A stretch of DNA of 59,840 bases from Chara braunii (lineage: Eukaryota > Plantae > Charophyceae). Shown in pieces: positions 10,365 to 24,200 of the stretch (the stretch's first letter is position 1; each line of letters starts with the position of its first letter). Position numbers and translations under genes: made by a program. A model generated the notes under the pieces. The model searched no databases. It worked only from the letters and a program-made list of their open reading frames with translations, and was not told the origin of the DNA. The DNA is taken from NCBI GenBank assembly GCA_003427395.1, contig BFEA01000004.1, forward strand, positions 6,681,158-6,740,997. Direction: 5' to 3'.

Positions 10365-12831
10365 GCTTGGTGTTCTACCAGCTGGAGATAACACGTTGGC
10401 CCTCCAGGCCAGCATTGACTGGACCTTGGTCAATATTGTTGGTTGCTATGCAGCAATGGTATTGGCCATTCGACATTGCTAATGTGGGGTTGGAGGGGGG
10501 GAGGGGGAGGTGCAAGTGACTGGCCTAAGATGCTCGGCACTGGCATCGCCGGTCGGTTTCCCCCGTCGGCAATGCCTGACCACCCTACATACTCGCGATG
10601 AGGAGCTAATACAAGCCTTGCTCTCGCACTACAGCTGTGGTGCCAACCTACCCCGTGGGCCCGGGACAGTTCGAGGTTTGGTTGGGTGGTGTTCCCCCTA
10701 CTATACATAGAGTAGCGAGAGGATGAGATAAATGAGATAGATGCGGAATAATATACATAGATAGATTGAGAGAAGAGCTGAGTAGATCATTGAAGGGTGG
10801 AATGAGAGTTGGGCTCGCAGGCGCAGAGGATAGATGTGTTAGCAAGGATAGACGAGCTTGTCGTAATCCACTGTCGATATAGGTACGGTGTGCTTGTCGT
10901 GATTCATTGACGATATAGGCATATTGCATCACTGGAGGTGAAGCGGCGGATCCTGGTCTCACTTCGCTGATCTACTACTTTCGCATTCACATGCAAGGGG
11001 GAGCAGGAGCGCGCAGGGTAGTGCAGGATGGCGCAGGAACGCACGATCCCATGGCCATACGCCCTGAACCCCATGACGCCGCCCTGCGCCATCCTTCCTT
11101 CGGTGCAGGATGGCGCGATCGGCGGCCAGCTGGTCGGCGCAGAACGATGTGATCCGCCTGGCAGCGCAGCAGAACGGCCGCACAATCCTTCAATCAACCA
11201 TCCCGCAACATTGCCAGTGTGGGCGCTGTCCTGCCCCATACTCCGGTGCGGAATGACGGGGTCAGCCTACAGTAGCCGTTGCAGGACGGTGCGATCGGAC
11301 GGCTTGCCCATCTTCCCCCAAATAGAATGTACCGTCATTATGGCTGCATCTAGACAAAGTTCCCCAAAATACAGCTGTAATGACCGTAGGGTCTATGCGG
11401 GGGAAGGCGTGTGGTCGGTGCCAAAAGGCGCAGGACTTCGCAGCAGGGGCGGTCGGTGTCAAACGGCGCGGTGCATGAAGGCGCGATCCTTCAGCCCACC
11501 GTCCTCCACCATTTGCGCATTCCTGCGCCCTGCGCCATCCTTCGACCCAGTACTGTGCCATCGGACGCAGGACGCCGCAGGACGTCGCAGCAAGGCGCAG
11601 GCCGGCGCAGGACGGCACAGGAAGGTTGATCCCTTTAGAATACTCACACTAGGCCCTCAAAATCACAAAATCCCATACTAACCGGCCAGATCGAGTCCTC
11701 CGTTTACAAGTCCTCAATCTGGCCTGGCCACTCATTTTGCGATTTTGCGACTTCTAGGGCCTAGTCTGAGTATGCCCTTAGATTGAGCCATCCTTAGGTC
11801 AACCACAGAACCTGGGTCAGTGCAGAACCCACGACGGCGCGATCGGCCTTCATCGCCCAACTTGAAGGTCATTGCCCTTTTGCAATCGGTAAGCAGGGTT
11901 CCACGTGGCAAAACTCCGATCAGTATCCCAATCGGAAAGAATAAGGGGAAAAAAAAAAGAAGTGACAACAGATAATCATTGCCATAGACTGCTTCTCGCA
12001 CATGCAACCTCAGATAATCATTACTCTTCCGCATGTTCCCCCATCTGTCAGCAGCAAGCTACGAGCGAAGCTCCCAGCAACACACTTGGTAAATACACCC
12101 ATGGAGGCGCCACGTGGCAAACCTCTCGTTCGTCGACTTGAGCGGAAAAAGAAGGCCAAAAGATGCCCCTCGTCCACCACTTTTTTTTCTTTTTTTTTTT
12201 GGGCACCACATCATAACCCACAAGAGTGATTGCGAACGGATGAGAGAGAGAGAGAGAGAGAGAACGAAAGTAATGTCGAACCCACACCTATCTTACAGCT
12301 ATGCCATCCTATGCCGTACTATACCATTGAGCCCTTTTTTTTTTTCCCAGGAAAATGCCATGTTATGCTTTTTTTTTTTTTTTTTAAGATGCCATGCAGC
12401 AGGCCCGGCGCTCTCCACACTTCCCTTCTTTGAGAAAAAAAGAGGTTTAAAAAAAAAAAAGAGTGGAATTCCCCTTTTTTTTCGTTGTTAAATATCTTTT
12501 ATATCTTGTTAATTTTGTTCTGTTTTAGAAAACCAATTCCCCTGCTGTGACCAGAGAGGTACATCCTCGCGACTGCTCCCCTACAGTGATTGGGTTGCTT
12601 CTTTTTTTTTTTTGGAGAGCTGGACATGGCATCGTTTCTTCACCCCTGTGATCGGTGAGAGGTATCCCTCCCCTGTTCGTTGTATGTTATCATCGGTCGT
12701 CGGAATGTACCTATCGCTCATTCCTGTATACATTCATTCATTTCATTGCTTCACTGCATCGCCGTGGCTCAATGACGTGTACCTTCCCTTTTCTTTTGCT
12801 TTTTTTTGCTTTTCTTGTTCAGGATGATTAC

Positions 12832-15318
12832 CTTATGAGCTTTTTCGAGAGCCTCTCCCCCCTTGATCAGGATCCCGTTCTTGGCTCCGACCGCGGTCCC
12901 GACTAGAACAGCCGTCGGGGTCGCAAGGCCCAGGGCGCAGGGGCAGGCTATGATGAGCACGGTGATGCCGAACTCCGCGGCCAGGATGTAGGGATCTGTG
13001 CCAGTCGGCAGCCAACTGTCGGGATACCGATGGCTAGCTCCCGCGTACAGCCACGCGGCCCAGGTGAGGAGAGCGAGCACCACGATGGTCGGGACGAACA
13101 CGCTGGAGATCCCGTCTGCCAGCCTCTGGATCGGGGCTTTCTTCATCTGCGCGTCTTCGACCAGGCGAACGATCTGTGCCAGGATGGTGTCGGGACCCAC
13201 GCGCTCGGCGCGCATTACAATCGCTCCGTCCAGGTTCATCGTACCACCGACCACCTCATCGCCGACACTGCGCGCCACCGGTCTCGACTCACCCGTGACC
13301 ATGCTCTCGTCCACGTGGCTCTTCCCCCCGACGACACGTCCGTCGACCGGGATCTTACTCCCAGGTCGCACCTTCAAGATATCCCCTCGCTGAACGAGAG
13401 AGACTGGTATGACCCTCTCTTTCTGCTGTTTTCTCCTCGGACTGCTCTCTCCCTCTCTCTCTGCTCCCCCTTCCCGGCCTGTCCGTTTACCCCGCCCCCC
13501 CTCTCTCTGCATTCTCTCTTCTCCTGCCTCTCCCTCTCCGACGCGGCGTGTATTACTACTCCCTTTCTCTCTTCCCGCACTCTCTCCTCTATCTCCCCAG
13601 CCTTCACAACCCACAGACCCCTCTCTCTCTCTCTCCTTTCTCTCTCCTCCTTCTCCTCCTCCTCCTCCTCCTTCCTTGCTTCCATCAACCATCGCCCAAG
13701 AGTTAGCTTGCGAAACCTCTTCGTCGCTTTTCTCCTTCGTTTCTCCTCCTCCTCCTCCTTCCTGGCCTGTCGATTTGCCACCCTTCTCTTCTCCTCCTCC
13801 TCCTCCTCCTCCTTCTTCTTCTTCTTCTTCTTCTTCTTCTTCTTCTTCTTCTTCTTCTAGCAGAGTTGCAGTCTCTGGTGCCAGCTTGAGAAGCTTGGAT
13901 ATGGCGGCCGTCATATTCCCTTTGGCCAAACCTTCCAAGAACTTTCCCAGCAACATGAAGGTGATGAGCATGGCGCTGGTCTCGAAAAAATCCATCTCAG
14001 TGTAATTAGCGTCGAAGAGGGAGCGGATGGAAATCCACGCGGAGTAGAAGTAAGCGGCGTTGGTTCCCAGCGAGATCAGGACGTCCATGTTGGCAGATCG
14101 ACGGCGCAGAGCGCGCCAAGCACCCACGTGGAACCTCCTTCCAATGACGACCTGCACTGGAGTCGCCAGAGTCCACCTCAGCAGGTGACCGATCGTGAAG
14201 CCATTATGAATGTCAATCATCATGACACGATCAGTAGAAGAGAAGCGAGGGAAGATCATGGCCAGGAGGAAGACAGGAACCGTGAAGATCAAGCTAAGCA
14301 GAAGAGGCCGAAGCTCCCGCGTAACCAGCCGTCGACGACGGCGCTCCTCGATTGCGCCACGTGTCATCGCCTGCTCATCTATCACCTCGACATTGATAGT
14401 AAATGCTTCATCGTCGGCGGCCATATCCTTCCCCTCCTTGTTGCTGCTCTTCGTCTTCGTCTTAGTCTTCGGCTTCCTCCTCCTCCTGCTCGTCCTCGTC
14501 ATTGTCGTGTCATTAGAGCTGACGTCATCATTCCTTCCCTCCTCCCTCTCCCATTCTCCACTCCCGCCTCCTTCCTTCTTCTCCGTGATCGCCCTCTTAT
14601 CCACATCCCTGATCGTCATCTTATCCGTAATCGCGTCGATGATCTGACGTGGACCAATCAGGATCGTCGGATCGTACCTTACTCTCAAGATCAAGCCCCC
14701 TGCGTCCTCCGTCGATTGCCACGTCAGCTCGCGCACTCCTGGGCGCCTTTTCAACACCTCTTCGATCCGGGTTTTCATCTGCTGCCACGTGTCGCCACCA
14801 GCAGCAGCCACGTGGATGCGGAGGACGACCACTTCCTGCTGCTCCCCTTCCTCTCGTTGGGCATCGCCTTTCTTCTTGTTGTTTGCCCACCTGGACGTGG
14901 TGGTCTCCCCCACTGCTTCGCGGCCCCCGACTGCATCGCTCCTCTTTTTTGTCTTTATCTCAATCAACTCAGACTCGAAGCCCGCGTCCGTGATGACCTC
15001 AAGAACTAGCCGTTGATCTAAGATCGTCGGATCAAAGCCCACCTCTGCCTCTCCTGCCATCAAATTGACCATGGCTGTCTGAATGCCTTTCGTTCGCTTC
15101 AGCACGTTCTCCAGAGACGTCGAACAACTTGTACACGTCATCCCATCGACGCGGAAACGCGCCACGTGGCAACCACCGTCGCTGCCCCGATCCCGTTCCT
15201 CCTCCTCCTCCTCCTCCTCCTCACCCTCTCCCTCTCCCTCTCTCCCCCCCCCTCGCTCCCGATTGAGTATCTTCCCGTCGAAGCCCGCATCCACGATCGC
15301 GTCAATTACCTTCTGCTC
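12832..15318 (-). CDS. HMA5: HMA5-like ATPase exon 2: HMA2, degenerate HMA3, TM1-6 and A-domain
   Basis: Boundaries gtgcag|GAG and AAG|gtaatc. Motifs: [85 protein letters not shown] is closer to plant HMA5 than to RAN1 as I recall those sequences. Confidence 0.93.
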
Positions 15319-15399
15319 CTGCACGCAACGATTGATTGATTGATTGTGATCATCATTTGTCACACCAAGGTCGACAGTACCATATACCAAACTTATCCA

Positions 15400-15900
15400 C
15401 TCCCTTCGCTATCCATCCATCATAACATTATGTCTCATTCTCTATCCGTTCATCATCCTCTCTATCTATCCATAGTACTAAATATCCTATCTTATCTATT
15501 TATGTACCCATCCATAATATCCTTTTTCTTATAATATCCAATCCTATCCAATCTTATCCATTTTCATAATATCCAATCTTATCCAATCTTATCCATCCAT
15601 AATATCCAATCCTATCCAATCTTATCCATCCATAATTATCCAATTTTATCCAATCTTATCCAATCTTATCCATCCATAATATGCAATCCTATCCAATCTT
15701 ATCCAGTCTTATCCATCCATCCATATCTTATTTTATCTTATCCTATCTTATCCAATCTTTCTTCTATCTTATCCAATCTTTATTCTATCTATCTTATCCA
15801 ATCTTTATTCTATTGCATCCAATCTTTATTCGATATTATCTTATCCACTTTTATCCATTCGTATTTCCAATGTTAGATACTCCATCCATCCGTTCATCGC
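15400..15900 (+). repeat. Intronic (ATCCA/ATCTT)n low-complexity array
   Basis: Direct inspection; lies upstream of the exon 2 acceptor. Confidence 0.75.
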
Positions 15901-15916
15901 AATGACATCCATCTTC

Positions 15917-15989
<73 letters not shown>

Positions 15990-16142
15990 CCGTCGATCCC
16001 TTCCTTGCATCCATCCACGCATCCACGCATCCGCATCAATTTCACCTGTCGATCCTCTACTTACAAAGACGAAAACGAAAAAACGAAAAAACGAAAAAGC
16101 GTGAAAGAAAAAAGCAAGAGAAAGAGAAAAAGAAGAAACAAC

Positions 16143-16204
<62 letters not shown>

Positions 16205-16460
16205 CATTGCTCCGTACACCTGCCGGTACGGGCAAATTCCTCGTTTGACAAATTCAGATTTCCTGTTTGAGCGATTCCCAGCAAGTGCTGCTCCCCCCTC
16301 CAACCCCCAACCCAACCCAACCAACCAACCAAAAAAAAAAAAAAAAAAAAAAAAAAAGTAGTTTGAGCAACCGGCCCCCTGCCTGTGGATCCCCACAAAC
16401 GGGAAGCACACATGAAAGTGGACGGCACTTCATTCCCACTTTCCAGCTTTCCAGACTTCC

Positions 16461-16669
16461 TTTTTTCTGGTACGAAACATCTTTCCAGCTTTCCATCTTT
16501 CCAGCTTTCTAGCTTTCCAGCTATTCAGCTATTCAGCTATTCAGCTATTCAGCTATCCAGCTTTTCTGAGATGCTCCTACCAACCAATAGGGCATTCTTA
16601 ACACAACTGGAAAGCTGCAAAGCTGGAAAGCTGGAAAGCTGGAATGATGTTTCGTACCAGAAAAAAAAA
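16461..16669. repeat. Inverted-repeat element with internal (ttccagct)/(attcagct) units
   Basis: ttttttctggtacgaaacatc ... gatgtttcgtaccagaaaaaa. Confidence 0.6.
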
Positions 16670-17386
16670 CTTTTAAAAAGGCAAAAAGAGAACCGTGTTC
16701 GAACTCCCGTTTAGAAAATCTACCGGAGAAACGGTCGTTAACGGTGACCATTTGGCAATGACAGCCGGGGGACGGTTGTTAACGGTCTCACCGTTTGGAA
16801 ATCAACGAACAGTTGGGGTGTTCTAACAGGTCAAACCAGGAGGCGGGGCGGGGTTGAGGGGTTAAGGGGTTGAGGGGTATGGGGGCCCGGAAATAAATGG
16901 CAAAGAGAAGAGCCCCCTATTAAGGGGCACCATGTGTTCCCCAAATGCCTGGCCATTAAAATTGTGAATGCTAGCGTCTTCTTCCGAACACAACGGCCCC
17001 TCGTTATGTATGAAAATTTACAGTTGGATGCATAGCGCAGTATAGACATTATGAATGCATACATAGCGTAGTATAGGCATTATGGACTCATAGCGTAAAT
17101 TTGATCTATGTACACTGTAAGCAGCCATTGGGAATGCTGGCGTCTCTCCGGTTAGATGCATTCATAATCAGGGTTCGTTGTGTTCGCCGGTACGTCCATC
17201 AATTCATAATGTCTATACTACGCTTTGCGTTCTATTCGGATGGGAAAAAGAGCTAAACGGTTCGAACTGTTTAGACGAGGGCTATTTTTTTTTTTGGTAC
17301 AATTTTTTAATTATTATTTTTTCACCGGAAACAGTACTTCGTTTGCAAATTACAACGGTGCACTTTGTTCACTCTCCCTCACTCAC

Positions 17387-17437
<51 letters not shown>

Positions 17438-17772
17438 NNNNNNNNNNNNNNNNNNNNNNNNNNNNNNNNNNNNNNNNNNNNNNNNNNNNNNNNNNNNNNN
17501 NNNNNNNNNNNNNNNNNNNNNNNNNNNNNNNNNNNNNNNNNNNNNNNNNNNNNNNNNNNNNNNNNNNNNNNNNNNNNNNNNNNNNNNNNNNNNNNNNNNN
17601 NNNNNNNNNNNNNNNNNNNNNNNNNNNNNNNNNNNNNNNNNNNNNNNNNNNNNNNNNNNNNNNNNNNNNNNNNNNNNNNNNNNNNNNNNNNNNNNNNNNN
17701 NNNNNNNNNNNNNNNNNNNNNNNNNNNNNNNNNNNNNNNNNNNNNNNNNNNNNNNNNNNNNNNNNNNNNNNN

Positions 17773-17837
<65 letters not shown>

Positions 17838-17920
17838 GACAGACCAAGCACGAGAGGGAGAGAAAGAAATGCACACATACACACACACACAGAGACAGAC
17901 ACACAAAGACAGACACACAG

Positions 17921-17959
<39 letters not shown>

Positions 17960-18159
17960 TGAATCAACAGCAAGAATTTTAGACATCCGGGAGAGTTCCA
18001 CGTGCCATTACGTACGTGCCAGAAGGAAGCCAAGGGGTTCCCCTGGCAGAAATGGTTGGAATGGGTGTGTAAGTTATAAAGCGGTGTCCTTTGTTTTCTT
18101 TTTTGTTTTTTTTTTTTGCTTTCACGTGGCTGCCTGACTTAGTTCTTCTCTTCTCTTAC

Positions 18160-18393
18160 CTCTGCGAGTGTCAATGCGTGGTTGACGACGAGCCTGGCTT
18201 TGTTGTGAAGTAAGGACACCGACACCGATCCAATTCCATTGACGCTCTTCTTAATAACCGTCTCCACAGAGGACGAACAAGAAGCACAGCTCATGCCTTC
18301 AACCTCCACATCTATAATCCACCCCTTCTTCCTGCACTTGCCGCTCCCATCTCTCGCTCCAGCCGCTTCGACATCGCAGTGGTGGTCTCCCAT
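18160..18393 (-). CDS. HMA5: P1B Cu(I)-transporting ATPase (HMA5-like), coding exon 1: first heavy-metal-associated domain
   Basis: Encodes VEGMSCASCSSSVE (GMxCxxC). Ends at GAG|gtaag donor, phase 0, and joins in frame to [13 protein letters not shown] of the next exon. ATG at 18393. Possible acceptor sites near 18421-18429 mean a further upstream exon cannot be excluded. Confidence 0.85.
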
Positions 18394-18539
18394 TTCGACG
18401 CCCTCCTCCTCCGTCGTTCGCTGCTATCTACATAGAAGATAAGATAGACGAGCATTGCATTGGATTGCATCGCATCCTTCTCACCACTTAGTCCATACAA
18501 CATTGACAATCTGACAGTGTCTATTCAACAATAGCATCT

Positions 18540-18639
18540 CATCCATCTATCGATCGATCTATCTATCAATCCATCTATACATGCATTCATTCAGCCATCC
18601 ATGGTCCTTCAAGCGACCAAGTCATCAGTCAACCCATCG

Positions 18640-18674
<35 letters not shown>

Positions 18675-18751
18675 CATCGATCGATCAATCAGCCAATCCA
18701 TCCATCCATCCATCAATCAATCAATCAATTAATCAATCGATCCATCCATCC

Positions 18752-18785
<34 letters not shown>

Positions 18786-19005
18786 TCATCGATCGATCGA
18801 TCAATCGATCAATCAATTACTCAAGCAGTCCATTGATCTATCAATCAATGAAAGAATAAATTAATTAATCAAACAATCAATCAATGAAACAATAAACTAA
18901 CTAATCAATCAATGAAACAATCAATTAATCCATCCATCCATCAATCAATCAATCAATCAACCAATTAATCAACCGATCACCGAGTGCTTGATCGATCCAT
19001 CAATC
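18540..19005 (+). repeat. (ATCA/ATCC)n tetranucleotide array
   Basis: Direct inspection. Confidence 0.8.
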
Positions 19006-19999
19006 GACCTATTGACGGTGCGGAATAACGGAATGATAACCACCCGTCGCCCCGAGAAAGTTTGTGTGTGGGGGGGGGGGGGGGGGGGGGGGTATATACA
19101 GTCGACCTGACGACGACCTGCAGATCTAGGTCCGGGGTCTGTAGGTGGTCCAGAGGTTAGACCTGGTTCAGTCTCCTTTGTCTCATTCGCCTGGCCTGCG
19201 GTTTGCAATATGATGTAGCCTGCAGCAGCCCCCCGTTCTGTCAGCCGTTGATCATATCCACACACAGCGAAACTGACGACCATGTTCAGATGCCCCCCGT
19301 TCTGTCAGCCGTTCCAGGATTTTTTTCTTCTTCTTAGCTGGTCCAGAGTTTGCACCTGGTGCAGACTTCTTTGGCTCTTTGACCTGCGCCGGGATTGGGA
19401 GCAGAAGTTTGTCATAATAGCCCATCTTCTCAGCGGGGGAAAAGCATGGCCGGTGAAGAGGGAGGGAGTAGGAGGGGGGCCCTCTCTCTCGATCGGGATG
19501 ATAGGGAGGCTTGTCCCTTGGCCCATCGGGGACAGGGGCTTCATGTTCCGCTGGACCTGGGCTGCTGGCCATGCCCTTCCAGACCTGCTGGCTCGACGGG
19601 ATAGGGTGGTTGCCTCTCTGTCGTTCTTCTCCCACGCCATCCGACATGATTGCCCTGCGGTCACACGTTGGCCTGACACGTCATCAGTGTGAAGGCCATA
19701 ACCCTGGTTGAAGAGAAGGGGGCTCATGGTTAGCGGCCCAGGATAGTGAGATGAAGCGAAGCTGTGCCGACGATCGACACGTGTCGTTGTACCGCAGCTC
19801 TTGAGGTTGCTTGTCTGAGGATAGCGCTCTTGCGCGCTGCTACTTTACTCTGGCCGGTGGCAATCACCGTCGTTTTGTGTGTGCATGTTTACCTTCCACG
19901 TCCGTTTTTACGTCCATTTTTTGGACGAAGGTCCTACGTCATCTTTAAGTTTATATAGTTTTTGTGAGTGCGCTTGCGGTACTAGAAGGGCCACGTTCT

Positions 20000-20066
20000 G
20001 CCCCTTGGGACATCCGTTGAAATTGGAACGATACAGAGAAGGAAGATTAGCATGGCCCCTGCGCAA
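20000..20066 (+). pseudogene. U6: U6 snRNA 3'-truncated retrocopy with poly(A)
   Basis: gggacatccgttgaaattggaacgatacagagaag(gaag)attagcatggcccctgcgcaa matches the 5' two-thirds of plant U6. An A-rich tail follows immediately. Confidence 0.88.
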
Positions 20067-20177
20067 AAAAAAAAAAAAGAAAGAGAGAAAAAAAAGGGCC
20101 TCGTTCATTCTCATTTTGCACAGTGTAGGGCATACGCACACTACCGGTAGGAGATCATTCTCATTTTGCACAGTTTA

Positions 20178-20285
20178 GGGCATACGCACACTACCGGTAG
20201 GACTATTTTACTCAGTGGTGGATGGAATTGAGGCCAGATGCATACAGGTGTGGCCGAAGGGCTATTTAGTAGTGTGAGTATGCCC
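20178..20285. mobile_element. Tourist-like MITE family B
   Basis: tta-gggcatacgcacactac ... gtagtgtgagtatgccc-tta. A related decayed copy lies at 11638-11777. Confidence 0.7.
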
Positions 20286-21183
20286 TTAGAGAGTAGTGGG
20301 AAAAAAAGAAAAAGGGGGAGCGAGGCGCTAGCTCTTTGCTTGCGTCACGGCGTCCTCGAGTCAAAAATGAAAAAAAGGCAAAATGGTTGGAACACCCCTG
20401 AAAGTTGCTGTATTTCGTCAGATACCACTAAGGCGCTACAATTAGGAGTAGTGGTAGGTAGGTAGTGTGAGGGGAAATTGAGAGAAGAACATAGTTTTTA
20501 ATAAATAAATAAAAAAAAGGCAACGGGTCGGACCGGGCGGAAAAGCAAACTGGGACCCCACAGAGCCGGGTTCGGTGGTCTTTCCCAACTACGCGGAGGG
20601 TTTCTTTGGGCTCCTACGAAGTCGGATGTTCTTGTGGTCCGCCATATGGCTTGGCCTCCCGATGTGGGTGACACAGACGTACCTGCTGAGGAAGGGTGGA
20701 CATAGAAAAGGCCGACAGGGTAGGGGTCCTTGAGCTTTCCATTTTATGTAGTGTTTTTGGGCCGTTCATCACGGGCTATGTGTGAAAACGTACCCCTAAC
20801 AAAGCGCCGCACCCACAGACCTCGGAAAGTGATGGGGTCCGACTTTTTCACCAAAATTACCTAGCTTAGGCACTGTCCGATCAGAAGCTAAGGCACAGGC
20901 TTATCCTGAAATGTGGTCGTCATGGTCGTGATACTTAGCTTCTGATTCGACAGTCTGGTATTGGACTTCACTTTTTTCGCTTGTTGAAAGGGAGGTGTAA
21001 ACAGTAGGAGGTTTTAGTTAGGATCTTCTATTTCCAGGTTTGGATTGTGATTGGGTAGATCCTAGGCAGTTTTCTGAGAACTGCAGTTGTTTCTCATAGG
21101 TAATTGACTGATTGTTTTCCTAGCCAAAGCCGGGCCATGGCCCTGGAATTTCAAATGTGTTACATATTCTCAGTTGTACTTCA

Positions 21184-21282
21184 AAGGGACGCTGAGCCCG
21201 GTTCTCAGCACGTGATGCTCCCCACGAATAGATTGGAGCTTTTGTTCCCCCCCCCCAAAAAAAAAAAAAAAAGAAAAAAAAA
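21184..21282 (+). repeat. Representative copy of the dispersed two-hairpin element with poly(A) (~13 copies in the window)
   Basis: aagggac GCTGAG cccggtt CTCAGC acgtgat GCTCC ccacgaatagatt GGAGC, then C and A runs. Other copies at ~1330, 1879, 5587, 6798, 9512, 10158, 28492, 31574, 41740, 43788, 51977 and 55206. Confidence 0.8.
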
Positions 21283-24200
21283 GTGCGTAAAGTGGGCAAT
21301 TTTGTTGAGAATGCGGATCCCACAACTTCCCGATGTAGGAGGGCGCATCGCTTTGTTACGGGTACGTTTTCGGGTTATGTGTACGTGGCGCGTAGTCCGT
21401 GATGGACGGCCCAACGGTGCTAAACAAAACGGAAAGCTCAAGGACTCCTACCCCTACCGAGAAAGCTGCCGCGAAAATGAGTCAGCCTTTTCGATGTCCG
21501 CCCGTGGTTGCCTGGTTCGTTGGTGGAGCAGAGGACCATGCGACGTGGGCAGGCTGCTTTCCTGGCCGTTGGCAAATGTCGTGTCACCCACTTTGAGAGG
21601 CCAGGCCATACGGTGGTCCAAAGGAACGTCCGTCACCGTGGAAGGTCAAAAAAGCCCGCCGCAGTACTTGGAAAGACCCACTTTGGGCACCGTGGACCGG
21701 TGGCATGAAGAGGGCGCGGAGTGAGTGCTCGCAACAATGGCTATTGTAGTTGCAACACTTGCTGTTTGCGCCGGAAGGACATCTTTATTTTTCATTGGGG
21801 TTCGAGGCGCATACGGTTTTGCCGGAAACCACCTTTATTTTTTATTTTTCTTTTGCGGCACGTGGAACGAGTGGTTTTGAGTTCTGAACCATCTAATGTT
21901 GCAGGCGATGGTGTGAGACTGCCCAATATCACTTGGGACCATATTGGGACCGAGCACGACCAACTTGGGGTGCGGATGCAGTGGTGTGAGGCGACATAGA
22001 TTTGCGAGTTGGTTTGGGATAAATCCTTGGGGACGTGATGCTGTTGGAACTGCAACCGGGACTGCATTGGGACTATCTAGGGCATTTGGGACCCAGTGAG
22101 ACTTATTTGTGGGAACACCCTCTGGAGGGTTACTGCACTTGAGTTCTCTCAATGAATCTGACTCTGCTCATTCAGACACTTGGTAGAGGACGTGGCCGTG
22201 GCTCAGGGGAAAGGCCACAACATGTGGAGTTGTGAGCTGTGTATTTTCATGCGAGCTGCATATTTTCATATTCAATGACGATCGTTTTCTTTTGAATTGA
22301 ATATTACTCGGATTTCTTGAGTGAGCGGAACCAAACTTCACTCAAGGTCAGTCAGTTGATTGACTCAGATTTCCCTTCACACCTGTGTGTGAACCCACAC
22401 TTTGCTTGACCTTGTCATTTTGAATGTTCAAAAGAAAAAGGTAAAGGAAAGTTGTATGAGTCATGCCTGTGAACGAAAAAGTCTAACTCGAGTATTAGAT
22501 TGTACTGTTTTCTTTTGAATTTGTTTTCTTTGCGTGTTGTGCAGGTAGGTAGAATGCTACTTACAAAGGAGATTGACTATGCCTATTCGAAAAAAGAGAA
22601 AATGATTACATTCCTACTTCTCACCTGCCTGCATGCCAAAAAAGTGTCGTTGTCTTGAGAAACGTTAATCATGTGCATACCATAAAACGAATTTCATTGA
22701 AAGAAAGCAGATAGGGTCAAACGAACTTGTTTTTTTTCGCGAGGATTGATCCATTCTATCATGAATGACCTTATCTACCTATACCTGTCCAAATGACTTT
22801 CGTTCTCTATCTCCTCTGAGTTTCTTTTCATCCAAGTTACCCCGAGCTTAGGAGAAGTGAGAATAATTGAAAGCTATTGGCAGTGAATACATTCTCTTTC
22901 TCTTGGAAGCATATGGGGCGGGGGTTCGTTGTTTAGGAAGTGACCCTGTTATCGACCCAAAGTGGATCGTTCTACGGGGGGTACTTTGCCGATTCGGTGG
23001 AGACGGCCAGACTTATGAGATCCGAGTTTTGTGCTCGGGTGAGGGGGAGGAGTACCACAGACCACTTCCTAGAAGGAGAGACATGCAACACTTCAAGTAA
23101 TATACCCGATCAAGAATCATCCGCAAAACAACCTGTCATCCAAGAAGATTGAGAAAGTATGGAGATATGTGTGAGTGTGTATAATCTTAGGTTGGCGGTA
23201 GGCTGAAATGAATGACTTTGGCAATATGTATCATCAAGTTAAAACTTAGGCAGCCGATTACCTTATCGACTACATTAGTGTCATTGTCGATAGTCAACTC
23301 TTCGTTGACAGTTATGATTGTTTTGTACAGTTCGGCCGGGGTTGGTCAAATTTTATTTTGATCTTGTATCTTTGGATGTGCGATATGATGATTCAAATTC
23401 TTTCGATTATCATTTCAGATGGGATATACATTCTTATCGACTAAGAACGGTTCCTTTTGATATAACTATGTGTGATTGTTATAACTTTCTTTTGACTAGT
23501 ATTTAAAGGGACAGGGGAGTTTCATGCTTGGTTGAGACCGTTTTAGTCGACCGACGACCGTTTCGTACTTAGGAGATCAGTGCCCTAAGGAACGGACGAC
23601 GCTCGGGTCTGCTTGGCTTTAACCAAGCGTATCTATACTACAACGAACGAGCAAACGCCCTCGACTGACCTACCTCTGCAATTGCATCTAAAAACTTTCG
23701 CACGTGGGTCACTAGCTCGGTAGGGATACGCCCCTAAGGGTGGTGACAACCCCTTAGGGAAGAAAAACTTATGCCTTGCGGGAACCTATCCTGTCGTAGG
23801 GGAGTCAAGGGGACTACGGGATGTATAGTTGGCGTACCCTGCTAGAGCGGCGAAGGAACGATGCGACCGCGTCCGTTTCGACGGTTCGCAATATTATTTT
23901 ACATCGTTCCTGAGTCATCTCTGGTTTTGTTTTTGTTTCACTCCTTCGTGACATGGCTGGGAGGGCTCTCGCACTTTGCAAAAAAGTGGAAGTCGATGCA
24001 CTCGACATCGGGATCGAGTGAGACTCGAAGGAGTGTGCGTATACGAGTGATTGTATGACAAGGGGCCACTATCAGAGAGAAGAAGGCTGCTGTGCCTTGA
24101 TTTGCGGATTCCTCTTCCTTTGGTTCTCAGAAGCTACGTTCATGGCAAATGGTCATGTGTTCCCCTCTCGAAGATTGCGTGTATAACCAAAGTTCTCTCC

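Noticed and set aside
12998-15009. Plus-strand ORFs of 130-290 aa
   Set aside because: Antisense shadows of the HMA5 exon with no recognisable motifs.
19252-19727. Upstream coding exon of HMA5
   Set aside because: No recognisable domain, and I could not establish a splice donor.
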